64,000 nucleotides of DNA from Amoebophrya sp. A120. Taxonomy: Eukaryota > Protista > Dinoflagellata. The stretch is taken from NCBI GenBank assembly GCA_905178155.1, contig CAJINV010000001.1:15624142-15688141 (forward strand), written 5' to 3'. The translations under genes and the position numbers were made by a program. The notes under the pieces were generated by a model that saw only the letters and a program-made list of their open reading frames with translations, searched no databases and had not been told where the DNA came from. Shown here one piece after another: positions 24,358-38,300 of the stretch (the first letter of the stretch is position 1; the number at the start of each line of letters is the position of its first letter).

Positions 24358-25459
24358 GGACATTTTTGTTTCGAGCGTATGTGTACAAAGATTGTTGAAC
24401 AGCAGAAAAAGAAGATTGATTCCAGCGCACACTGAAATTTAGCAGACAGATATCAGCTCAAAGCATCGAGACTTTTGACGTTTTATCCTCGTCAAGTTCA
24501 TACAAACATCAAGCAAGCTTGTATGAAGTTAAAGTTCTACGTACTATTCTTTCACCAGTTGTGATCTTGATCTCGAAGACGAAATCAGCGATGTTCTGCA
24601 ATAAAGCTGAAGCTTCACAACGCCGTCAGCTTGGTCGGCCTCCTGCTCGTTGACCTGTTGCACCTGAGTCACGAAGATCTTCGGTAAGACATAGGTAATT
24701 GCTCAGTCGATTCGTTCCTTGGGGTGTTGCTGCATTCTTGACATTGTCTCCCGCCGTGCCGTCACGCTGATGCAGCAAGGCGGACTTCTTGCGTCTGTCG
24801 TGCCTGCTTCCAGGTTTTCTCACTCGTGCTGGTCTTTGTTGTTTATCTTCGTTTGCCGCAGTCTACTTTGCGTAGGCCTAGACTGCCGAGATTTTTGTGC
24901 TACTCGGTCTAACCAAGACTAAGAAACAAACACCTCAAGCAAGGAAGTTTGAAGCGGCTTATGATGATACAGAGTCGAGCTCGAGAATGCCCAAGAAAGG
25001 ATCCATCTTCCGCACCTAAACTACGTATAGGCTTTTGTATCTAGTAGCCAATAAAGTCCAGAGAACGGAACAAAGAGCATTGAACACTTTGGTCGATACA
25101 CAAATCTCCATTTTTCATCGTGATTTCTCCACGACATCCACATCCAGAAGGCCGCGACCGCGACTATTTTACAACTTTTGAAGTGAGCTGCGGTTATTCC
25201 TGATAGTGATAGATTCCTTCACCACGACCACCTTCATATTAACACTTTCTCTGTATTCGCAAAGAACTTCACTTTCATTTCCAGCATGTATGGACTGTAG
25301 TTCTGCGGATATCTACCTCCAATGTGTCATGATCTGAAGTGCAAAGTAGAGAAAGGCGAAAAATGACTCCACCACGTCCGTGTTGAAAGAAAAAGCAAGC
25401 ATTTCGCATCTCACTACGTCCTGGGTCTGGAGGAACGTGCACGACGCATCACAAGCAAG

Positions 25460-28400
25460 ATGCTGGCATCTTCCGGCGGAGTTTTCACCCCAGCCACAAG
25501 GAGCGACGTGCTACTCACGGACGATGTCTTTCTACGATCACCGTACGCACCCTTGGCCCAGGTCTACTACAAAAATGGAGAACAGGGAGCTGCGCTCGAG
25601 TACTTCTATTTGGTTTTTGTTTCAGAAACAAGAATGGGAAGCAAAACGACCAAAACGAAAATCACTCTTCTATCAAAAATCTGAAACAAAGTGAACCACT
25701 GTATTGTATCAAAACTCAGCTCCACCACTATCTCGAGTTCCGAGGAGGATCCGGGTGGTATTGATGCCGTCCGCATGCTTGACTACGGCGAATTTTTTGG
25801 CCGCGAGCTTGCCGGTGGCGCGACGACGCTGGCCAGATGTCGCAGAAGTGTGAAGAAATTCGAGTGGATGCTCTGCCTCGATATCGTTCACGGCCCTCCA
25901 GCGCAGTCGAAAACTAGTTCATCCAACCCCAGCGGAAGTGTCAAACCGGTGTTGAAAAGAGGTGCCTTTTTCTCTACTTCCACTAGCGGCACTAATTCCG
26001 GCCCGGGGTCGCCTGCGCTGACGCGAAATCTTTGGTTGGATAAGTTGCGTGCCCTGCGGCTAGAATACGCGGAAATCAAGGAACAGTACAAAATCGATTT
26101 GGCCGCGACTGTGAAGAGAGCGCAGAAAAATCCGACGAAATTCAACCCCCTGTCCAAAGCAGAAGACAATCCCTGGGAACAGGTCACGGAAGATGAGGAG
26201 CTCATGCAGGAGATCGCAAAAGACGTCGAGCGCACATACAGCGACAAAGAACTCTTTACACGAAAAGACGTGCGGGGCATACTGCAGCAGGTAACAAAGA
26301 AGTATGGCATTGAAATTTGTTTTGATTTTGAACTACTTGAAACTTCAAGCTTGCACACAAGCTCAAGCTTCGGACTCTCTTCAGTAATTCGAACGAAGCG
26401 AGAATTGATGGTGGCCCGCGCCCTCGGTGGGAACGAAATAAAAATGCTCATGACGATGAACAACTTCAAGATACAAATAATCTCTCCACGACCGTCGATT
26501 TCAAAACTCATAGGTCCTGTACAACTGGTGCAAGCAGTTCAACCCGTCGAAGAAGGCGGCGGAAAGCTACCGCCAGGGAATGAACGAGTTGTGCGCCATT
26601 GCCTACCAGGTGACCCACGACTCACTGACGAACCCAAGTTCCAGCATGGAGTTTCTGCGCGAATTCGGCAACCCCGAGGCCCGCGAGGCCGACTGCTTTC
26701 TGCTCTTTCGGGCGCTGATGGGCCACGGCTTCACGCCGCTTTTTGCAGTGCAGGCGCCGATTTACACCACGAAGGCGTCGCCACGCGGGGCAGACATACC
26801 CGGAGCTGCACCAGGTGGGTTGTTGGATGACTCGAGCAACAAGCCGGTCGTCGAGGTGCAGAACCCGCAGACGGTCATTCTCGACAAGTGCAACCACATC
26901 ATGGAGGTGTTGCTCAAAAAAGTAGAGCCGGAGCTGCACCGGTTGCTCGTCGATACCTACGCCGTGCCGGCGCAGGTGTTCCTGTTGCGGTGGGTGAGGC
27001 TCCTGTTCTGTCGCGAGTTCTCCGTCGAGTCCACGCTGGATTTGTGGGCGGAAATGTTCCAGGACGCCTTTTTGAACGAAGAACCGACGGAGTTCACGCT
27101 CGGGAGCTACTTTGCCGTCGCCATGCTCCGGTACGTCAAGGCAGAGTTACTTGCGTCCGACGAGAGCGCATGCTTGTCCCGATTGATGAAATATCCGCCG
27201 GTATTAAATATTTTGTTTGTTTGTACTTACGACGGTATCAAACATTTTGTTTGTACGTACTAGTCCTAGTCCCAGGTGGTCCGCGTCCGCGAGTGTCTAC
27301 TCTGGTCATTTCCAATATCGTATTCATTTTCATTCGTGAATGTGAATCATGATAGTGATACATGATACCATCCGCATCAAAATCACTTTCCACCGTTTGT
27401 CAGGTTGAAATCGAGCCGTTGCTGAAAATGGCGAAGCAAGTCCGGTTTCAGGTGGAACCCGACAAGAAGTTTAGCGTCGGTCTGGAAAAGCCCAAGCCGG
27501 TGTCACATCAGCCCGAGTATGTTCCCTTGCCGGGCACGACCGTGGTGATGCCCGCGTCCAGTCCGCCCCTACAGCCGACGGCTCCTGCTGGTTCTGCGGC
27601 TTTGAACTTGAACCCGCCCCCGTTGATGAATCTGACGACCGCGACCACCGCAACTTCCCCAGCGTCAACCCTCAATAGCGCCTCCATGATGAGCACGAAC
27701 ACCAATAAGTCCCCCCTGTTCGCGACGCCCGGTGCTGGTAGTTCGAATCCCCTGGCGCCGGGGGGAACAAGTGGTGGATTGTCCCAGCATCCGCTCGCAG
27801 CCGCGTCGGCGACCGTCCCGGTGCACAGCGTCAGTGGGCCGCTGTTCCCAACCGGAGGATCTGCTGCCTCTGGCGCTGCGCCGCGGCCTTTGTTTCCTGG
27901 CGGAGCTGCCTCTGCGCCCGCCCAGGCCGTAATGAGTGGCGCAAACGCCAACGCGTACGCGAACTATAATCCGCAAAATCTACTCCCGATCACGGGCAAC
28001 TCACAAGCGACGAGCAGCACCAGTGTAAACTGGGAGGAACAGTACGGTTTGCTTAAGGAAAAGGCGCGGGTCAAGGTGAACGAACTGAACGAGAAAATCG
28101 CCGCACTGACCCAGAGCGTTGACCAGCAGACTCGCACGATGTACGACGCGCAGCGAGAACGCGTGGAGGCACTGCGGACAGCCGAAGATTTGCGCCTGAC
28201 GAAGGAACAACACACGCAGCAAATCAACCATCTGCGGACGCAAATTAACAAGCTGCAGAACAAAAACCTGTTCGAAAAAACGAAAAAAACCAACGCGCTC
28301 TTTGGTGAAGAAGACGAGGACATACAGCAAGCAACGCATTTGGGCGAGGACGGGAAGGGAGCAGAATCACAGGTAATGACAATGAGTTACCCAAAGTTAC

Positions 28401-30723
28401 AACTTACTTTGTTACTCGTGCACCAGCTGTGCTAATATCATGATTTTCTTGCTTAAGCTTGATCTCGACCGGTTCTTCTTGGTTTCGATCACCCGATCAT
28501 TTGGAATCACATGCTTGCCACGACCACACGTCACAGGCCGACAATTTCGAAGTTGAAGTGCTGCCGTGGCGAAAGCGCGTGGATGGTTTGCTTGAGGAAA
28601 AACGGAAACTCGAGGATGAGCGAGACCAGTTGCAGCTCGAGACAAAGCAGATGATCGCGGGCGTAGAGAACTTAAAAAGCCAGGCGAAAGCGCGAGTCCA
28701 GGAGCTGCAGCAGCAGTTGCAGCAGGCCCAGCAAGCTGCAGGCAGCTCTTCAACAACGGCAACGACCCCCGTTTCGGACGCCGCGAAAAGCACTGCTGCA
28801 GCGTCTTCAGAGCTGGCGCAACTTGCGGAACTCAAGACGCAACACGCAGCGGAGCTCGAAGACCTAAAGCAGAAGGCACGGGCAAAGATGCAAGAGATGC
28901 AGACCGCGTTCGAGCAGGCGAAAGCAGAACTAGCGAGAAAAGGCGGACAAGATGCGAGTTGTACTACAAGTACGCCAAGTGCAGATGTTGACCCCGGTCG
29001 AACGACGCTAACTCGGGAACAGGCGGACGCGGAAATCGCGAAGGCGCGCCAAGAGGTCGAAGCCCGGTTTGCAGAGAAATTCGCAAAAGTTGCAAACAAA
29101 GACGCCGCTGCATCGGAGAACGGACCTGAAGACGCTGCTGCAAGTAAGACCACGCCGACGACCGAGGCTGCAGCTGACAAAAAAGACGATGGAGGAGCCG
29201 CGCCAGCTGGAGATAGTACGAAAACTGACACTATGAAAGGCACAGCAAGCAAAGAATCGGAGGAATCTCCTAAAGGTGTTGGTGAAGCCTCACCGAAAAA
29301 GGGAGAAGATCCTCCACAGACGACCGCTTCACCTTCGGCTACAGAGGAAAAAATCGCGGCGCTGCAAAGCGAGTTGACGGCTGCAGAGAAGAAACTCCAA
29401 CAGCAACTCGAGGAGGCGCAGACGGCCCAGGCGATTTTGAAGACGCAGGCAGTCGCGAAAATGAACGAAATGAAGACCGCGTACGACACGGCGCTGAGCG
29501 CCGAGCGTGTGAAGGTTGCCGAGTTGCAACAGCAAATAGAAACCCTGAACCAAAGCGTCTCGCAGTTGCAAACGCGGGCCCAGCAGCTCGAGGTGAAGCT
29601 GGGCGGCGCGAAGCAGTCCTTGGTCGCTGAAACCCAGAAAAACGCTGCCGCCCGAGAACAGGATCACCAGGCCGCTGTGCAGGCACGCGCAGCGATCGAA
29701 GCTGATTTGCAGGCAAAACAGGCCGAAGTTGCGAGGTTGCAACAGAGAGTGAAAGAGCAAGAGGACGCGACGGAGGTGGCAGCGCACAACTTTCGGGTAG
29801 AAGCCGAGGAAACGCAGCGCCAAATGCAGGTTCTCAAGGACCAGAAGGAGGCCGAACTGGCCCACGTCAAGCAAGTCGCCCGCGAACGCATCGAGGCGCT
29901 CCAGCAACAGCTGGACCACGGGGGTGCGGGGGCACCTGGGGCCCCTGCACCGAACGGCACCGGTTCAGGTACTTACTACGCGCTTCAAAAATACTTAGTT
30001 TTTTGCTCTATATTTTGTAGTTTCCACGTGGATGAAACACTGTGGTCTACTTACTACTGCTTGTACCTGCTCGTGCATGACCTCGTGGCGCTTGTGAATT
30101 ATCTTAAGTGCCGAAACTAAATCTTTTAGGTGACGTGGAGGCGGTCCGGCAAGAATACGAGGGCATTCTCGCAGACTTCAGGGAACAAGCCAAAACGAAG
30201 TTCGCCGAGCTTAACGCGGACAAGGAGGCGCTCCAGGCCTCCATTGACAGCTTACAGGCCAGCGTCGAGGTATTGCAATATTACTGCTTGCAGACTTTTT
30301 CGAAAAGCAAAATCTAAATCTAAGTCTTGCATTGCAAATTCTTATCTGTTGCATCCTGATCGCACTCCAATAAAGAAACTGAAAGCAGTAAGAAGAAGAA
30401 CTTGAACTCTATCTCAAGCCTATAAACGAATGCTCCTTGTTCAGGCAAAGAGCGGTGAAATTACCGCCTTGCAGCAGAGCTTGTCGGAAAAGGAGGCTTC
30501 CCTGCAGCGCGCGATGGCGCAGACCGGGGACGGCGCGAGCAGCTCAGCGAGCGCGGAGTTCGAGGTTGTCGGGAATCCCAATCCACCAAGCGTGGAACCG
30601 ACTGCGGAAGCAGCTCGTCCCGCACCCCCACCCGCTGCGGGCAGCAAAACAAATTCCAAGAATGCGGACATGTCCCACGACGAAATTGACAAGCTGTTCG
30701 ACGATATGGAGGACATGATGTAG
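25460..30723 (+). CDS. TBC-domain Rab GTPase-activating protein (TBC1D5-like) with a long coiled-coil tail; GT-AG introns ~25600-25737, 26291-26513, 27201-27403, 28373-28536, 29969-30129, 30270-30444
   Basis: IAKDVERT (R finger), YRQGMNEL (Q finger), EADCFLLF, FLLRWVRLLFCREF; exons join in frame. Confidence 0.85.
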
Positions 30724-31827
30724 TCGTGCAAATTGAAATTAATTAACCATGAAATTGAATTATATCGAAAGTGTAAGTGAAATTGAAAATGTACATGACT
30801 TAACTTCAAGGCAACTCTCCGTCTCCCAGCTCTGGGTCTGGTGCACTCCTTGTGTTTCACTCTCGTAGTCAGATGCGGAAGCCAAACCGGAAGGAAGCAC
30901 AAATGGCATTTTCGCTTTGATGCCACATAAGTGGTTTCCGGTGTGGGATCAGTATCGATAAGCCCACGACGCTGGTGGTAGAAGACCCCGTTGGGTTGCA
31001 CGTCTGACGCAAATTAGCTATTGACGACAAGCCCTGTGATGTACCTGTTGTATCACAAACATCCTTCTTGTACATTGATCTTGATGCTTGGCCATCGCTT
31101 CAACGAATGAACGTGAAGGCTCACTTTGAACTCGGAGCTTACTGAGACTTTCTGTCCCCAAGAAAAAAAATGTTTTCCCCAGCGACAACAACTACGCAGC
31201 AATTTTTCAAGAAGCAAATCAAGTATATTACCTGTCTCCTCCTTGAGCCTCAGCGAATGGCGATCTTTCGCCCGGCTCGTGCAGACACAGGGACCGAAAG
31301 AAATTTCATGCCCTGCTAGGTAAGCGCATTCCATTCGCCCTGCCGACTGACTGTTCGGAGAAAGAGATCTGCAAATCAAACCTGAGTCACACGATTTAGG
31401 ACGGTTCTGGCGGTTTTTCGACAGACGATCTGCATCTTCTGGACATGAAGCCATATTCATTCAGCGATCACATTCAGGCCACACAAAATCGATGCAAAAA
31501 TGCGGCAACACTGATCGAAGGGTCGTTTCAGATCTCCTGGTTCTTTATTCTTGCCCGCAAAATGGAGCTGTTCATCTGTTGTGGATTTTCCTGAGGTTGT
31601 GACTTCGCCTTCTCTATAAAGGAATTTTCCCTAATGAAAGAACATGAAGATGAAGAACCAAATTTCATTCCAGCGACATTTTTCAACGACTTGGACTTCC
31701 CTATGGAGATATCGATCTAGTTTGATTTCGTCCTACTTTTTTTTCTTTTGGCGACGCATCTAGTCTTGAAAAAACTGTACATACTTACCTATAAGAAACT
31801 CGACATCACGACTAAATCTAAAACACC

Positions 31828-34653
31828 ATGGCCGACGACGACGACCACCTCCCGCCCGTTCTTCCGGAAGACGACCCGGACAACCATCTTCCCCCGGTTC
31901 TCCCCGAACATGTTGACAACGATGCGGCAGTGGGCGAAACATCGCAGGACCACCAGGAGCACCACGATATCGCACAGCTCCAGTCGAAAGCCTCGGACGA
32001 CGAAGCTGCTGGTGCCAGCACTAGACATGGCAGAAACAAAAACCAAACCAGCCCCGATGACGAGGACCGAAAGCCGCGCCGCCTGCCCGTGACGGAAAAG
32101 ATGCTCACCCAGTCGAAATCGCTACAGGCCTTCGCGAAAAAGCTCCCAATCTTCGAGTGGAAAGAGCAGATCATGCAGCACTTACGGCAGCACGATTTTT
32201 TGATCGTCGTTGCAGAAACCGGTAGCGGGAAAACCACCCAGATTCCGCAGTACATCTACGACAGCAAGGAGTTCGGCAACCGTTTCTGCATCACGCAGCC
32301 CCGGCGGGTCGCGGCCATCTCGGTGGCGAAGCGGGTGGCGGAGGAGCGCGCGGTGCACTTGGGCACGGAAGTCGGCTACACGATTCGGTTCGACGACACC
32401 ACGACCGAAGGGGAGACCAAACTGCGCTACATGACCGACGGGTGCCTGCTCCGGGAGTTCATGAGCAAGGATTCCGAACGAGGCGCCGGCGGGACCTTGT
32501 CCAACTACGACGTGGTGATCCTGGATGAAGCGCACGAGCGCACGCTCGCAACCGACGTGTTGTTCGCGTTCGTCAAGCGTGCGTGCCTGATCCGGCAGAA
32601 GCAAACAAACCGGCGGAACCTGAAAGTGATCGTCATGTCGGCGACATTAGATCGCGATCAATTTAGCAAGTACTTCATGAACGCGCCGGTGTTGCGGTGC
32701 GCCGGTCGGAGTTTCCCGATCGAGGTGTATTACGACCAGCCGGTGGCGCAGAACAAGCGTGTCGAGGCCGCGGTGAACTGCGCACTCAACTTGCACCTGC
32801 GGGAGAAGCGCGGCCACGTGCTCACGTTTTTGACCGGGATGGAGGAGTGCGAGCAGGCGTGCACGCTGGCGCTGTCGAAGTTGCAGCAGTTGAGAAACGC
32901 CAATGTGGTAGACAACGTCGGCGACAACGGCCCAAAAGGCGGCGACGACGACCACATTCTGCACCGAAAGAGCACAGACAAAAATGGAGCATCAAATACT
33001 GACAAACCGAAGAAGCAGGCGAAGCAGGACATCGCGGACTGCTTGATTCTGCCGCTCTACGGGTCGTTATCGACGGAGGACCAGCGCAAGGTGTTCGCCG
33101 AGGTGGACGCACGACAGATAAGGAAACTGATCTTCTCCACCAACATTGCGGAAACGTCGTTGACAGTCGACGGCATCGGATTCGTCGTCGATACGGGCGT
33201 TGTGAAGCAGAAAGAATTCAACCCCAAGACGGGGATGGAGCAGCTGGTGGTGTGCAACGTGAGCCGCGTGCAGGCCATCCAGCGTGCGGGCCGCGCGGGG
33301 CGGACGCAGAAGGGCAAGTGCTACCGTCTGTACACCGAGGAGCACTTCCGGAACCGGTTCCAGGAGGCCACCACGCCCGAGATTCTGCGGTCCAACCTCA
33401 GCTCCGTGTGTCTGCAGATGAAGGCCATGCGAATTAAAGACATTCTCCACTTCGACTTCATGGAGCCCCCGTCCCGGTACCACATCCTGCAGGCGCTGAA
33501 GCAGCTGTTCTACTTGGGGGCCGTGGACGAGGATGGCAACGTGACGGAGGAGGGTTTGGAGATGGCGGAGTACCCGCTGGAACCCACCTTCGCACGCTGC
33601 CTGCTTGCCGCGGAGCAGCTGAAGTGCGCGACGGACATGCTGACCCTGGTCGCATTGCTCTCCGCGGAGTCGGTCTGGTACCGCCCGGCGCGGCACGACG
33701 AGGAGAAGTTTCGCAAGGCCGCGATCGCGCACAGCAACCTGTGCGACGTGCAGGCGGGGGACCACTGGTCGTTGGTGGACATCTACAAAAAGTTCGAGCA
33801 GCAGGGCGGCCACATGTCCAAGGAGTGGTGCATGGAGAACTGCCTCCACTACCGCTCGCTGCGTTCCGCGAGCGACATCCGCGGCCAGCTGGAGACGCAG
33901 ATGCAAAGCAAGAAGAAGTCCTACACCAGCACCATGGCCCACGATCTGCCGTCCTCGGTGGCGATGCCCATCGTGAAAACCATGCGAAAAAGCACCGACG
34001 GAAATAACGAAGGCAATGCAGGAGACACGACCGCAGGAGCATCCGACGCAAGAGGAGATTATCGCCGCGAAGGTCCGGTTGCGGGGCAGCCCAAGAAGTC
34101 CTCGAATTTGATCAACTACTCAGCGATAGCGGCATCGACGACATCCACGTCCGTTCGCGTGCGGCGCGCGCTCTGCGAGGGGTTCTTCATGCAGAGCGCG
34201 AAGCTGATGAGCTCGCACACGGGGTGGCTCACGGTCTGCGATAACATGGCGGTCCGCCCCGAGTCCGGATCGGCAATCGACGAGGAAAACCTCCCGGAAT
34301 GGCTGGTATACACGGAAATGGCCGGAACCTCCACAGGCTCCACCGGTGTCGTCCGCAACGTCTCCCCGATTGAGCGTGAATGGATCAAGCACTTACTACC
34401 CCGCCTCGAAAAGGTCGACCTGTCCCGGCTGGTGGGCGAGAAGAAGCCCGAGCCTGTCGCAAACAGGCAGGCTCTACTCGCAGCATCCAAGCCACCAGAG
34501 GAAACGCGGGACGAAAAAGCGCAGAGCGCGAAGGAACGCTACCTGGCGAGAAAGAGACAAGAGCAGGCGGGAGGCGGTACGGCTGGCAATAGTACTGGAG
34601 GAAGACCCGGCGATGCAAAATCGAGGAGAACCGATCACCGAGGCAGAAGATGA
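31828..34653 (+). CDS. DEAH-box RNA helicase (DHX40/Prp22-like)
   Basis: AETGSGKTTQ, TQPRRVAA, MTDGCLL, DEAH, SAT, TNIAETS, QRAGRAGR; intronless, 941 aa. Confidence 0.95.
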   Translation: MADDDDHLPPVLPEDDPDNHLPPVLPEHVDNDAAVGETSQDHQEHHDIAQLQSKASDDEAAGASTRHGRNKNQTSPDDEDRKPRRLPVTEKMLTQSKSLQAFAKKLPIFEWKEQIMQHLRQHDFLIVVAETGSGKTTQIPQYIYDSKEFGNRFCITQPRRVAAISVAKRVAEERAVHLGTEVGYTIRFDDTTTEGETKLRYMTDGCLLREFMSKDSERGAGGTLSNYDVVILDEAHERTLATDVLFAFVKRACLIRQKQTNRRNLKVIVMSATLDRDQFSKYFMNAPVLRCAGRSFPIEVYYDQPVAQNKRVEAAVNCALNLHLREKRGHVLTFLTGMEECEQACTLALSKLQQLRNANVVDNVGDNGPKGGDDDHILHRKSTDKNGASNTDKPKKQAKQDIADCLILPLYGSLSTEDQRKVFAEVDARQIRKLIFSTNIAETSLTVDGIGFVVDTGVVKQKEFNPKTGMEQLVVCNVSRVQAIQRAGRAGRTQKGKCYRLYTEEHFRNRFQEATTPEILRSNLSSVCLQMKAMRIKDILHFDFMEPPSRYHILQALKQLFYLGAVDEDGNVTEEGLEMAEYPLEPTFARCLLAAEQLKCATDMLTLVALLSAESVWYRPARHDEEKFRKAAIAHSNLCDVQAGDHWSLVDIYKKFEQQGGHMSKEWCMENCLHYRSLRSASDIRGQLETQMQSKKKSYTSTMAHDLPSSVAMPIVKTMRKSTDGNNEGNAGDTTAGASDARGDYRREGPVAGQPKKSSNLINYSAIAASTTSTSVRVRRALCEGFFMQSAKLMSSHTGWLTVCDNMAVRPESGSAIDEENLPEWLVYTEMAGTSTGSTGVVRNVSPIEREWIKHLLPRLEKVDLSRLVGEKKPEPVANRQALLAASKPPEETRDEKAQSAKERYLARKRQEQAGGGTAGNSTGGRPGDAKSRRTDHRGRR

Positions 34654-35353
34654 GAATGGACATGTTACTGCGTAAGAGAGAAATAGTAGCTGTTGGTGTT
34701 GTTGTAGCACCATCTCGTCCATCCAGCTGTCTCACTGTTACTGTCATTTTTTTTAACCAGCTGCAGCTGAGGCTGACGTTGACGAACCACAAATATCTCT
34801 TCCAGAGGCGAAACGAGAGGCAACGCCGCTCTGAAAGTAGCAAATAAGAGGAACGTAAGTCTACGGTATCTCCTGGTCCAGAACCAGATTCCGTTTCTGA
34901 TCATGCGATTCAGGTTTTCGTTTTTCCTTTGTCTCACTCTACGTTCGGTGTCGTGCGGTGGATTTTTTTTGAAAACACGGCGACGGCGACTAAGAGGAAG
35001 TGTCGAGGTGAGGGAATAATTGCGACTTACTCTAAGAGCTGCGATGGAACGGGAGTGCGTCCTCAGGTTATTGTTATCAGTGACTATGCCCTGCTACAGC
35101 TAACTGAAGTCCATGTTTTAGACATGTGGCTCTGCGTCTACTCGTGCCGCGTGCGGTAGCTGTAAAAACACACTGGCTGTCTGTTAAACAAACAGGGACA
35201 GGTGTCTGCTCCATGTCAATCTCATTGGTATCGTTGCAACAGCCTTGTTAGGTCGATAGATTTTGGTGAAGATGGTTGTGGCTGTCATGATGGTGCCCTG
35301 ACATTGACGTTGTTGGTCTCGTGCCGCCGTTGCCATCCGGAAAACAGATTGCG

Positions 35354-38300
35354 ATGACGTCGACAGCCCCGCGACCCTTCCAGCCCCCCTCTCGGCAATT
35401 GGTCTCTCCGTTTGCGCGAAAGTGGGAACATCTGGGCTTTTTCGGAAACGTGTATTTCTTACTGCTGGATGCTACCTTTGCCCAGACCATCGTCTTCACC
35501 ATCACCGCCTACGCATTCGTCTGCGTTTTTCTCATTGCCCTGACACTACCCTTTGTCGACGATTTTGTCACCGCAAATGGCACGAGTGCTCCGGACGTCG
35601 TACTCGCCGCTACAGGAGATGAAGGGGATCCTGCTAGTTCTACTCAAAATGGTGCATCAAGCGGCGACGTGGACTTTGGCGTCCGGCTTACGGTGGCGCT
35701 GCGGGTGGTGGTCACGCATTTGGTCACCATGGGGCCCAGCGAGTTTGTGCCCGCCCCCTCGCTCGACTGGCTGTTTTTGTTCGCCACACTGCAGCAGTTC
35801 GCGGGTATCTTTTGCAACGTGTTTTTGATCGCGATTGTGCTGCGCAAAGTGGAACTTCCGACACCGGCGCTAATCTTCAGCCCCGTGGCACTGATCACCA
35901 AACGCGACGGCCAACTTGTTTTCCTGATCCGAGTGGGGAACTTGCGGTGCAACGTGATCCAACGCCCGGAGGTGGAGCTGCAGCTGTTCACCAGCGCGCT
36001 CACGCAAGAAGGCGAGTCCCGCATCCGGAGCCAAGTGATGGAGGCCAAAACCATGCCTCTGATGTACTCCCAGTGCGTGGTAGAGCACGTCGTGGACGAA
36101 AGCTCGCCACTTTTTCCCTTTTTGCTCCAATACAGTGACGGGGAATTCCAAAACTTGTCCAAAAACGAGCTCTGCGTGTGCGTGCTGTTCCGGGGGTTCG
36201 ATTTGACGTACTACGAGGACGTGTGGAGCAACTACAAGTACACGCCGGCGGATATCGTGCTCGCCCGGGCCGGTGACATGATCTGGGACGACATGATCCA
36301 GGCCCCGGATCATGCTGCCGCTGTTCCGGGTAGTATCACTGGTGGCGCCGTTCTTTCAGCGTCGTTTTCCTCTGTGTCGATATTTGCAAAGAAGTTTGTG
36401 ACTCCAGTTCTGTCGACATTCTTGTGCAGAGGTGGAGCTTCTGCTAGCAAGGGACATCAAATGCACCAGAATAGGCCAACGATTGACTTCGCCCGAATTG
36501 GCAGCATTGTCCCCGCTGCAAGGAAAAAAAAACAAAAACGGCGCTCCTGTTCATCTTCCCGGCCACGGCGCTTCCGGCAGCTTGATTGCGCTCTTGAAGG
36601 GGGCCCCGATGCAGACCACACACCGTCAGAGGATGAGGACGACGATGAGGCGTCACGCGCAGACGATCCCAATGGGATTCAGCTCAGCACGTATTTCACG
36701 TGTGCAGAAAGCAAGCGTGTACACAGCCTTGTTGCGGAACGGGGTACCAGGAAAAAAGAATTCCCGCCGCTATTTGCACTGTATCTCGAGCAGCGCGAAA
36801 GATATTTCGCAGCAATGAGACGGCCCGACAGAGTTCCGAAGGTTCAGAAACCTACTCTCGCAGCGGACCAGCTGCTCCCGGACCAACTCATCACCGAACC
36901 AAGCCAGTATCCGGACCTCACAGACGGCAGCTTGGTGTACATCTTTTCCGGCGGAAAACCGGGGCGGCTGGACTTAACACGACAGCAGACGAAAACAAAT
37001 TCTTGCGCAGGAGCGTTCTCAACTTGTAGTTCATCTACGGCTGGGCAAGGCCATCTTCTCCCAAAACTGTGTGTGGCTGCGCAGGTTCTGGAGGTGTTGC
37101 TACGCACAGCCGACATTTCGTACCAGACGATCGTGGTAAACTTTTTCGAAAAACCTGCCTGGTTCGAGGGAGAGCAGGAAATTCCAACGGAGTACCTGCC
37201 CAAAAGCCAGCGCCACCTCGGTCCGCTGAAATTCCCGCCCCTCGGTTTGACGCCGATGCTTTACTTCGAGGGACGGCTCCGGGGGGAATTCGCGGATATA
37301 GTGCGGTACTTGCTGCACCGCTTCGCCGACAAGTTCACGGATCCCGCTCGTTTCGCGATTCCACCCGTGTCCCACGACCCACTCGGCCTCCGAGGGCTCC
37401 TACTGCCAAACCAGCGCGACGCCTACTTAACCCTCCAGGATTTCGCGGATGCCAGCCGTTTGCCAGAACCCGCGCCGCCCCCGCCTCCAGAAGTCTTCAA
37501 ATTGGAACTTCTCAAGTACCACGATCTTCCGGTGGAGCGCAAAGATGAAGACAAAAACTACGACGAGCAGCAGCAGGAGCTGGAATCTGCTCCGCACAGC
37601 ACGCTCGCAATCCCGGTGCTGGACTTCGAGCAGGCGGTGTACATTTACACAAAACTCCAGTACTTCTTCGTACTCTACATCATGAACCTGGGTCCACTGC
37701 AGCAGGCGCACCTGCGGGAAAAGCGCAGCGCGGCCGCGGGCGCCGCGGAAAGGACGGTGACGGATCACACGCTAGAAAAGGCTGAGCTCGAGGATCCGAC
37801 GCTGAAAGGCCTAGCTGCACAGCTCCGGCAGACGTTTCAAGACTTCGAAACTGCCTACGAAAGCCGCCGGAGCGAGAGCGGAAACGGAGAAGATGAAGGT
37901 GCTGTTGCTGACCCGATTTTTCTGTATGGTGACACCCCCAGCGTGATCGAGACGGTGGCTTTGACGATGATTGCCCGGTACCGGGACTACATGCGCTACG
38001 CATTCTCGTCGCCCGCCACTTGGAAAGCCGTCTGGAACGAAAACGAATTCCCCTTGCTCACTAAAGCCTGCGAAGCGGCAAACTTGATGGCAGCAGCGCA
38101 GCCACACGGGGCCGCTTTCGTCAACATCGGAAGCTATGCCGCCCTCTTCCTGCAGCAGTTCTGCGCCAAAATGGGCCTACCTGAAACTGACCAGAGAGCG
38201 GATGTGTGTGCGGTGGAAGGGATTTTTTCAGAGTACTACAAAATCCTGAATGACGTTTTCGGCGTCATGGTTTTGGAAACCACGGAGTCCGAAGGAGAGC

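Noticed and set aside
28497-29489. Long antisense ORFs (also 23140-23964, 33067-33942, 47269-48012)
   Set aside because: Shadows of GC-rich or low-complexity coding on the opposite strand, with no independent motifs.
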